From assembly GCF_009914755.1 (NCBI RefSeq), contig NC_060941.1: a DNA stretch of 64,000 nt, one strand, 5' to 3'. Positions 1-64,000 of the stretch are shown here, one piece after another. The notes below the pieces were generated by a model. The model did not search any database. It saw only the letters and a list, made by a program, of their open reading frames with translations, and was not told where the DNA came from. The position numbers and the translations under genes are program-made. Within the stretch, counting starts at the first letter, position 1. The number at the start of each line of letters is the position of its first letter. This DNA is from the human T2T-CHM13v2.0 reference genome, Homo sapiens.

Positions 1-222
1 TCAGACTCCAAGTCCTTGGGCCTGTACCCTGCAACCTGCTGCAGGTGAGTAAGAGGGAAAGATCCTATCCAGTGGATCTCCTTTATCTGACTGTAAGCAA
101 CCCAAGGCCTAGGAGAGTGCCTTGTTCATTTTGGCATCTCCAGTGCCTAGCATGGGACTGGACACATATTAAGCATTCACTGTAAACATGACTAAAAAAA
201 GGCTCTTATAATATGTGAATGA

Positions 223-5900
<5,678 letters not shown>

Positions 5901-6376
5901 AGCTCTCATTCTCTACTTACGTTTACTGGGCTCCACCATACTCACCCTCAGCTCAAATATTACCCCTCTATGAACATGTCTCTAACCCATCCCAGACCCT
6001 GGCTGAATCATTCATTTGCCTGGGTTTCACACCACTTTGTCCTCATCTCCCTCACAGGCACACAGAACTTTTAATTACTAGTTAATATCACTTAAGTGGC
6101 CGTTACTTGTTTATACATCTTTCTCCCCTATTAGATAAAACTCCTTCAAGCAGGGACCATATTATTTCTTATATTTTGAATTAAACCTTTTGAGATAATC
6201 ATAGATTCATATGCAGTTCATAAGAAATAAATACAAAAGAGATCCCATGTACCCTTTTCCCAGTTTCTCCCAATGGTAACATCCTTAAAAACTTTAGTAC
6301 AATAACACAACCAGAAAATTGACACTGATACAATCCACTGATCTTACTCAAATATCCCCAGTTTTACATGTATGCC

Positions 6377-6397
6377 GTGTGTGTGTGTGTGTGTGTG
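6377..6397. repeat. (GT)n microsatellite
   Basis: Read directly. Confidence 0.9.
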
Positions 6398-6868
6398 CAT
6401 TTGTAGTTAAAGACATCTTTTTACTATTTAAACTTTAACAATGACATTAGGACGTTTTGGAAGTAACGTAGTAAAGGCAGTTAAGCAAGCTACTTAGGGT
6501 ATCGTTGGAGCCCAGAAGAAGCACCTAGTCCACTTTTGGAGGAGTGGTGATGGTGAGGGAATGGGGAAGGACGTCAGAATATGCCTTGGTCAAGGCCCGC
6601 TACTAGTAGCTGCTCAAATAACTGCGTTAAATTATGTTGAACCCAACGTTATTTTCCATGTTTTCTTATGCAAATCCTCGCATCCCTGAGTGTTCCATTA
6701 TTTTCATATTTATTTGGCAGGTGGAACATTCGAGGCTGGGAGCCCTTACATGCCCCGCGAGAGGTCACGCAGTTAGGAAGTGACAGGAGCGAAGTCAGCC
6801 CAAGTCTGCTGACTCCAAGCCCAGTGCTCTCTCCCCCTAATGGCGGTACGCCGTGCACATATCCTTAC

Positions 6869-7045
6869 CACGTATGCCTCATCCCTATTCGGAACTTTGC
6901 CTCCAACCCTCTTCCTGTTTTCTTGGCTGTCTTACAAGGGAGCCTTTTCAGGCAGCAACTCCAGAGAGAACCGCCAGAGCGTGCAACAGCAAACACTAAC
7001 CAGCCCAGCCGTCAGCCACGCAATCATCACTCCCTGGCCCAGTGC
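6869..7045 (-). other. Candidate divergent, likely non-coding first exon; probably an upstream alternative first exon of ACLY
   Basis: Strong minus-strand donor GTG|GTAAGG at 6869/6868. ACLY is recalled to lie head-to-head to the left of ODAD4. The 5' end is approximate. Confidence 0.5.
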
Positions 7046-7160
7046 GCGGCAGAACTGGCGCAAGCGCACGCCGGCAGGTTGTACCCAGAATCCGGGCCCT
7101 TGCCAGACGGGGGCGGAACCGGAAGTCGCTGTACATCTCATGGTTGCTAAGAAACGGAGC
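7040..7160. promoter_or_regulatory. ODAD4 core promoter: NRF1-like GCGCAAGCGCA (7058-7068), GC box (7109-7116), ETS CCGGAAGT (7119-7126), RFX X-box GTTGCTAAGAAAC (7143-7155)
   Basis: CpG-rich stretch with motifs read directly from the sequence; X-boxes are typical of ciliary gene promoters. Confidence 0.8.
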
Positions 7161-7234
7161 TTCCACAAACCAGATAGAGGTTCTCCAGCTTTTCTTTGAT
7201 TGTCTCTGCTTTAGCGTCTCTAAATCCGGTCACC

Positions 7235-41982
<34,748 letters not shown>

Positions 41983-42039
41983 AGCCATCGGTAGAGATGA
42001 GGATCAGGAAGCTGGTGTTCAGAGGGATCATGGGATTTT

Positions 42040-42127
42040 ATTAAACTGGATTTTCAAGCGATTTGTCTGTTATAGGAAAAATGAGGGTTTTACTTCTGCT
42101 GCTTTCCATCACTATTTTGCCATTAAA
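42040..42127 (+). terminator. ODAD4 proximal poly(A) signal candidates, ATTAAA at 42040-42045 and 42122-42127
   Basis: Hexamers downstream of the stop codon, followed by GT/T-rich sequence. Confidence 0.55.
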
Positions 42128-42823
42128 TAGGTGTCTTTCACTCTTGCAAACCCTGAGTCTGTCACTTTGCCTCTTCACCCCTGCCCATTCTTGGAAGAGC
42201 ATCGTGGAAGAAATGAGAAAGGTGCCAAGAAGAAGGTTTCAGGAGGGTGAAGATACGGGCGCTACAGGGAACAAGAAGTCACAGGGAGGAGAGGGGAAGG
42301 CCTGGGAGGAGAGGTGCTTCCCACACACCGGTGACTGACTGAGTCCCTCCAGTGCGCAGGACAGCGGGGAGGCTTTATGGATGGAACAGTGGTGGGGCGG
42401 CCCCAGCTGTCACAGGTAGGAGAATGCCGCAAGCCAGAACCAAGCGAATGCTGGGAGTGAGGCCAAAGATAGGGGAGTGGCCTGGGAGTCGGGAGGGCAG
42501 ACAGACTCCGCCTCTGACACCTCTGGGTGGCATAATCAGGTAAATCAGGCTCTCCAAGCTGGCTTCTCCTCTGAACAATGGGATACCTGCCTCAGGGGTT
42601 GCTGCGAGGACTGAGTGCTTAGCACAGCACTTGGACAGGAAACTCAAAAATCCAACGGAGCTCTCAGTGGTTTCACAGAGGAGGTGGCAGCTGAGGATCT
42701 GGCCTCAGAGGATGTTAGGATTTCACTCCGTTACTCATCTGTCCCTTTGGCCATTGCCATCCTGGTCTGTCTCCACAGCTCCTAGAAGGAAAGGTCGGGG
42801 CTGAGACTGACTTTCGGCTGGCA

Positions 42824-43030
42824 CAGGGCCTGGACGAATGAGGCCAGTGAGGCATTTCAGATGCAGAGTTTACCGGAATGCCAGCAAATTGCATGATAAT
42901 ATTTTAATCCAATGTGGTAAAAAAAAAAGTTTTTAATTAATGCAAAAGTCCATGATGAATAAAATATCAAAAATTAAAGACAGGATCCGACTTTGCACGA
43001 CCCTGCCTCACTCACTTCCTGCTAATCCAC
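42824..43030. mobile_element. Degenerate hAT-type MER element (MER96-like)
   Basis: Diverged inverted ends (cagggcc...tgaggccagtgaggca / tgcctcactcacttcct) around an AT-rich core; family assigned from memory. Confidence 0.45.
42958..42963 (+). terminator. ODAD4 distal poly(A) signal candidate AATAAA
   Basis: Canonical hexamer between the ODAD4 stop and the CNP CpG island. Confidence 0.55.
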
Positions 43031-43381
43031 GGGACCGGGGAGGGTGACTGAGTTACCCCTCAACACGCAGAAAAAGCTAGCGGCCGCTCAGCTCGCAGGC
43101 GCAGTGGGTGGGTGCGCGTGGGGAGCAGGCGCGCGCAGGGGGCGGGACCGGGCCGAGGTTCCCGCGCGCGGCGAGAGTTTCGGGTTTTGGTTCGCAGCGC
43201 CTGCGCGCAGAGGAGACGGCCCGCCCCCAGCCCGCCCGGGTGCCCGCTCCGCCCCCCGGGCTATGTAAAGCGGCCGGGCTCGGGTTGTGCCACCGCTGGA
43301 CTCCCGTGTCCCTCCGCGCAGGCGGGCGGCCCCGGAGCGCTGGTGCCGGCAGAGGCGGCGACGGTGGCGCCCCTCCTCATC

Positions 43382-50421
<7,040 letters not shown>

Positions 50422-51650
50422 GTGTTCTCACCACCACTTATGCCCCTAGAAGGGAAGGGGAGAGGGAAACGTGCCCTCTGTTTGATCCTTGTTTTGTGAC
50501 ATTTTTTTTTTTTTTTTTTTACTCAAAGTTAACCTACCTGTAACTTTTTAAAAACTTGTAAAATAACTGACCCTCCCTTCCTGTCCGCCCTCTTCCCCTC
50601 TAATGCTCACGCTCCCAACACAAGGTGGGCAGGGAGGCACCATTCAGGAACCTGGACCAAAGCTGACGAGGCTGGGCCAAGCCAGGGATGGGGCCACAGC
50701 CAGAACCCCGAGCCCTACTTCCAGGTTCTGGTTAGCTCAGCCCCAGCCCAGCCCAGCTGCTCTGCCCAGAGCTGGGTGAGTGGGGAGACACCTCAGAGCC
50801 CCGCAAAACCCACTGACCGGAGGCAAAAGGCAGTGGGGCTGGGGGTAGTTTTCCATGGTCACAGAGAACTAGTGGTGGCTCTGAGAAGGGGAGGACCTCT
50901 GGGCTTTGATTCCATCTCCTTGTCTTTTTTCTTTGTTTTTAGAGACAGGGTCCTGCTATTTCCCAAGCTGGAGTGCAGTGGTGCGATCATGGCTCACTGC
51001 AGCCTCGAACTCCTGGGCTCAAGCAATCCTCCTGAGTGATCCCATTTCTTAATCAGTGTAGCCCCAAGAAGGCTGGGGCTATTTACCAGGGTAGAAAAAG
51101 GAGCTTACCTCCCACCTTTGGTCCTAAGTCCCTGCCCCCTCCCCTTCACACCATAACTAGGTAACAGTTTGATAACTAGGGAAGAAAGCAGAACAGTTAA
51201 GCAGCCGCCACATCCCCGCTGGCTGGGGGCCTCACTCCAGGAAGGGGCTGGACTGGCTGTCCTTTCCAGTGGCCTGGCTCCGCTGTGTGGATGGGGAGAT
51301 CGGGGCCAGAGGCAGAACCCTGGTGAGGAAGCTCCAGTCCTGCTCTCTACCCAGCCCATCTTGCCTCCATGGTGCCTCTGGAGGCCTCTGGGCCTCCTCT
51401 AACAGGGGCTGGTGGGCACCAAGAGCCAATGGAGTAGACCCCTGGCTGGTAAGGGCCAAGTCCCACCGGTTGCTTCTGGGAAGGGGTTTCTAACACTAGT
51501 CTGTGTGCTGTGGTTCCTGGGGTGCCCTCCACTGCCCTCTGTTCAGTAACAGGGCCTTGCTAATCGGGTTGTCACTCAACAAAAGTGCTTTGGATTTAAG
51601 TTACTATCCTGGCTTTGCCCAACCTCAGCAACCTGTAAGACTGATAATGA

Positions 51651-51656
51651 AATAAA
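51651..51656 (+). terminator. CNP proximal poly(A) signal AATAAA
   Basis: Canonical hexamer with GT-rich downstream element (tgtgtgcagtctct). Confidence 0.75.
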
Positions 51657-52948
51657 TCATGTTAATCCTAGCTGTGTGCAGTCTCTCTTACCCTTCTGTG
51701 CCCAGCTCAGTCTTCCCTAGGGCTGGGTGTATTAGGACTGGCTTTGTCCCACAGCTTGGGGCCATCGGTCCTGTCTCCCCTCTGCTGGCCGGGCACAGCT
51801 GTGGTGAGGTTGGGCAGCTGAACAGTGTTGGCTTTCATGAGGAGGCAGAAAGCAGAGGCTGGCCTCAGACTCATACAGAAGGTGGGGGTTGGCTGGGTAC
51901 GAGGGATGTGGAGCACAAAAGCCTCTCATCCCCCATTAACCAGGGCACCAAGCCCACAGGTGTCCCCAGCCCACTGGATCAGAAAGAGTTCAGTAAGACC
52001 GGAAGCTCCTGGTACGGGTTTCTCCCAGTTCTCTAGGGAAGGCCACCTGCAGGTCACTGAAACTTCAAGCACCAGGGAAGATCTAACATTTGAGTCCCTT
52101 CCAGGCCATCAGAGGCCTAGTCAGCCACATGGGAAACTTCCAAGACCTGACTCAGGCATCATTCCACCATGGCTAAGGCACCAGCCGGGGAAGACTTGAA
52201 AGAAAGGGGCAGGAGCTCAGATGAAGAGAAATCCTAAGTTACCTTTCTAGGTCAAGGCCTGTCCCTGGCCATCTCTGAACTTCAGCTAGAGCTTCAAGTC
52301 TGTGCCTGGAGCTCCTGGGAAGGCTACTCACCTTGAACACCACGCTTGACAGGACAGCATGGTGCATGCCGCTGCATCCGTGAGCAGTGTGTCTCCTGCA
52401 TGCAGAAAGGGAGCAGAGAAGGCCAGGGGCTTTTGCTAAAAATAGTGGCCAGACCAGAGCTCTGGAGCCACCTGTCCCACCTCAAATGGGTCTGGGGGTC
52501 AGGAGGCAGGGTTTTATCTCTGTCTACCATCTCCCTCGAACCCACACTGCAACAGGAACTGTGAGAGTCTTTGTAAGTAAACTGCCCTGTCTAGGTCAGT
52601 ACCCACCTGAGCTTTGGACGCACACAGCTTTTAGTACCCACCTGAGCTTTGGACACACACAGCTTCTAGTGATTTCTGGGGCCCCACCGTAAAGTGAGCA
52701 TGCTTTCTGAACTCGCTTCTCTGTGACTGATGTTAGGCTGGGCCCAGAGGCACAGCCGGGGCCTGCCTAGCACTCACATGCTGGACAGGTCTGGGAGAGG
52801 CAGAGTGCCCCACCTGCCACTAGGCTGGGTGCCCACAGCCCGCATGCAGCAGCTTGCTGCACCCCAAGTCCAGGTCGGGCTCAGCTCTGGCTCACAGACT
52901 GGAGACAATGCAGATGCCAGAGCAAAGGGCCAGGAAGGGTCAAAACAT

Positions 52949-52978
52949 TTTATTCTCTTTTTTTTTTTCTTTTTTAAT
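52949..52978 (-). terminator. DNAJC7 poly(A) signals: ATTAAA at 52978-52973 and AATAAA at 52954-52949
   Basis: Minus-strand hexamers about 250-280 nt past the DNAJC7 stop. Confidence 0.7.
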
Positions 52979-53229
52979 AAAGTTAAACAGTAAAACAAAA
53001 ATTCACAAGCTGCCTCCCTGTCCACCCCCGCCTCCCTCCCCTGCCCTCGGTCTTCGGCATTGGTTCCCTTTGCTCCACCCCACTCACAGAGACACAGGGC
53101 ATCCAACTGAGAAAACGAAACTGCTCTAAGCACACGGAGACGTGATGAAGGGAGGAGGTGAACTGTTTCCACATTCAAGATTAAACTGAGTGAATCTGCA
53201 TTTTCTGGGTTCTGGGTGGTTGCCCTTCA

Positions 53230-60137
<6,908 letters not shown>

Positions 60138-60790
60138 CTGAGAAGGAAATACAAGGCAATACAGCACTAAGACATAAATAGCAGTGGTTCTCAGGATCAC
60201 TCTAGGGCAAGAGGCATGGCTCAAGCAAGAGACACACACTTCTGGTAAGATGCTTCAGAAACAGGAGCCCTTAATCTAGCAGTGAGAGAAAATTAGCTAA
60301 CAAGTCCTCAAGGAAATAAAAAGAGAGGTCGCATGGCACTTGCATCCAACCAGCAAAGTGATGTTCAGCTTTGAGCAGAAAGTAATCAAGAGGAAAAAGT
60401 TCCTTCTGACACACAGCCACCTAAGAGGTACTGGACTGCCTTAGAAAAGACAATGTGAAGGGATCTACTTGATTACTTTGGGTTGAAACACACAAGAGAA
60501 AAATTATCAAGTGAATAAATGGGTATGAAAGAGCTTTGAAACCTATAGTGCCATAAACATGCAGGACTAGCTACAATCCAGAATAGAGGTGGGATTAGTG
60601 AGCCACTAAAAGGATCAAGTTCAACGTGGCAGCTGCTGGCAAATCCCTCCACTAAGACCAATCAATGAGAGATGCAGGTAAATGAGACAGAAAAGGGAAC
60701 TCTAAACACAGGTTTGCTTCTATTTCAGTAGCACAAAAGAAAGGAGGGGCCCTTGGCCCAAGATCGGAGGAATCAAGCTTGACAGGATGA

Positions 60791-61107
<317 letters not shown>

Positions 61108-61329
61108 GACTGCCAGATCTTTTAAGTGTCTCTTCCACAGAAGCAAGTGGCATTTTCCATGCCCAGATAAAATCACTGGCACCAGGGCTGGCCTACCAAT
61201 TGAAGACTGTGGTAGGAGTTCCAGAGACAGCCACTGTCAGCTGGGGAATGGGAAGTGATCATGCAGTACAGCTAGCTGCTGTACAACAGAGATTCAATTT
61301 CTTACCTGCTACCACACAAGCCCATTTTC

Positions 61330-61630
61330 TTTCTTTTTTTTTTTTGACACAGAGTCTCACTCTGTAGCCCAGGCTGGAGTGTAATGGCACGATCTCTGCT
61401 CACTGCAACCTCCGCCTCCCAGGTTTCAAGTGATTCTCCTGCCTCAGCCTCCTGAGTAGCTGGGATTACAGGCATGTGCCACCACACCTGGCTAATTTTT
61501 TGTATTTTTAGTAGAGATGGGGTTTCACCATGTTGGCCAGGCTGGTCTCGATCTCCTGACCTGAACCGATCTGCCCGCCTCGGCCTCCCAAAGTGCTGGG
61601 ATTATAGGCGTGAGCCACTGCGCCTGGCAT
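61330..61630 (-). mobile_element. AluS with a 12-bp TSD AAGCCCATTTTC (61318-61329 and 61631-61642)
   Basis: Direct repeats flank a full-length Alu. Confidence 0.88.
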
Positions 61631-62545
61631 AAGCCCATTTTCACAAACATCACAGATCCCCACCAGCTTGGAGGCCAGGGCAGGAGAGTGCTACCAATGT
61701 GGCTGGCAAAAGAGAAGCCCAACATCTTGGGCATCTTTGATTTTCTGGCATCATTTTGATTTATGACTTTAAAAAAACCAATGGCCTGCAAATACAGGAC
61801 ATAAATATTATATTAGGAGTTCAGAATCAATGTACAGAATAAAATGTAATAATTTGAAGTAAGAGAAATGATACTTTGATACTGCACTCCAGCCTGGGTG
61901 ACAGAGCTGGATCCTGAATTAAAAAAAAAAAAAAAAGGAAAATTGATAGCTGATAGCCCTGGGTATAGAATGATGTGACAAATGATTAACCCTGATGAAC
62001 TTTCTTTAGGTCTATATGTAATGTATTAAACAAACTATACTAATTTGCATTTTTACTTCATGCTTTTTAAAATTCAGGGATATCCTCACATTTTAATTTT
62101 GTTTTAAAGTTGAAGTAGAAAAGTAAATAGGGCTTTAAGGAGAAAGGGTGAACTCTAGCTCATGATGGCATGTGTAGCAAAGATGTGGGTGGGTGGCATC
62201 TCCCCAGCTTTAGGGGTAAGTTGAGGCAGACTGCAGCAGTAGTCAGGCCAGATGTAAGGGTTTGGCCCGAGCTAATCTCCAGTACTTCTTGTCAATTCCA
62301 GCTGCTTCAGGAGATTGTTGCCAAATATTCAGCCAGCTGAACAGGGCATGCTGTCTCCCCTGTAGTGATCTCAGAGGCAGAGCCACTCCAAGAAGGGCAG
62401 TTCTGTTTCTACCACAAAGATAAGAAGTTGTCTGATCAAAGCAATTCCTTATTTTCATTTCTTGCACATAAACAAAGAAGAAAATAATCCTTCATCCAAT
62501 TATCCTCCGAGCAAATCAAGAATTTTCTATGGTGTTGGGGGCTTG

Positions 62546-62601
<56 letters not shown>

Positions 62602-64000
62602 CGGGCGCGGTGGCTCACACCTGCTGGTAATTCCAGAACTTTGGGAGGCCAAGACAGGCAGATCACTTGTCATCAGGAGTTTGAGAACAGCCTGGCCAAC
62701 ATGATGAAACCCCATCTCCAATAAAAATACAAAAATTTGCTGGGTGTGGTGACATGCGCCGGTAATCTCAGCTACTTCGGAGGCTGAAGCAGGAAATTCG
62801 CTTGAACTCAGGAGGTGGAGGTTGCAGTGAGCCAGTACGGTGCTACTGCACTCCAGCCTGAGCGACATAGCGAGACTCCATCCCGAGCGACATAGCGAGA
62901 CTCCATCCCAAAAAATAAAACAAAGCGATTTTTCTCTTCTCTTCCCATCCCCTGGCATTCCATATACAGAGCATTCCATTAAGTTCATACAGTATCAAGT
63001 ATCTAGCCACCCCCTTCCCACTGGACATGTAGGTGATTCTCCCCCCGCCTTTTTTTTTTTTTTTTTTTGCTATTATAGATAAAATTGCAGCAAACACCTT
63101 CATGTATATAGCATTTTGCGTCTGTTAAAGTCAGTCTTTGGCTGAATCAAAGGGTGCTTTTTTTGTCTTCCAAAGCTTCTGCTTCTGTGTGCCAGTGGTT
63201 TGCAAAGATGGAATGACTGACAGTCAGTCTCACAGAAGTTATAATTCCCTGTATGTTTCTGTTGGACAGACTTAGTCATCAACTTAGAAATTCACTTTTA
63301 AAAAAAGCATCACACACAGCAGCAGTTTTCCTATTTTAAGTGAGATAATTTTGAGAAAACTAAGTGGGAGGTAGTCCATGAGATATTCTGTACCACTGAT
63401 GAGACAAGGAAGCTTAAACTACTGGCTCATCAGGCATCAGTGACAGCATCTGTTCTTTGGATATGACATTTTATAATAAGGAGTGGAGCAGGTGCTGGAG
63501 GATTAGTATACAATAAATACATCTTCTCTAAGAACTTTAAAGACGGGAAGTTTTTCTCCGCCTAGAGAATAATCTGAAATCAGAAGAGATGGATTTCTGA
63601 GAAAGATTTCTCCTAGCCCTGTTCCTATCTGGAGAAAACCAGCTGGTGGGTCTAAGAGTAAGAGGAGCAACCATGCCAGGGAGCACCCTGACTCTGGGGC
63701 AAATGTGAGCATTAGAGGTAGGCACATCCTGGCTCATAATCACCCTGTCAGACACAGAGTGCCCTCCACTCAAAACACTCAAGCAGAGAGTAGCCATCCA
63801 GGGTGTTTCAAAAGGAAGTTCCTTTATCCTGGGAGGCTGAGCCGGATTACATCTCTTCCAACTCTAAGATTGTCTTCCCTCGCCCAGAACAAACAGGATG
63901 AAGTACAACTCTCAACTGTCTCCAAGAGTTGTTTTCTCTTCCAAGCACCATACATTCATTCAACAAAACATTTATTCAGTGAGCACCTATGTGTCAAGCA

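Noticed and set aside
6668-7199. 160-aa and 119-aa plus-strand ORFs upstream of ODAD4
   Set aside because: They start in MIR-like or promoter DNA upstream of the likely TSS and show no recognisable homology.

Overview
This is Alu-saturated primate genomic DNA, recognisable from its proteins as the human 17q21.2 ODAD4(TTC25)-CNP-DNAJC7 locus. Three genes can be built directly from the sequence. ODAD4 (+) has 12 GT-AG coding exons at 7235-41982, totalling 2019 nt (672 aa + stop). CNP (+) has 4 coding exons at 43382-50421, totalling 1266 nt (421 aa CNP2; CNP1 starts at 44622). The last five coding exons of DNAJC7 (-) lie at 60137-53230 and encode the TPR end and the J domain. CNP and DNAJC7 are convergent with potentially overlapping 3' ends. 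The ODAD4 promoter carries RFX X-box, ETS, GC-box and NRF1-like motifs and looks bidirectional. The rest is mostly Alu, L1, L2, MIR, LTR and MER repeats, including a solo HERV-H LTR7 with a 5-bp TSD. Nearly all ORFs in the supplied track are Alu-derived noise. No new gene system can be supported. The most unusual signals are: (1) a non-repeat-looking DNAJC7 intron segment present in three local copies, one with a snap-back templated-insertion junction; (2) a candidate 84-nt DNAJC7 cassette exon that an Alu insertion would turn into a poison exon; (3) several smaller templated-repair scars and recent tandem duplications.
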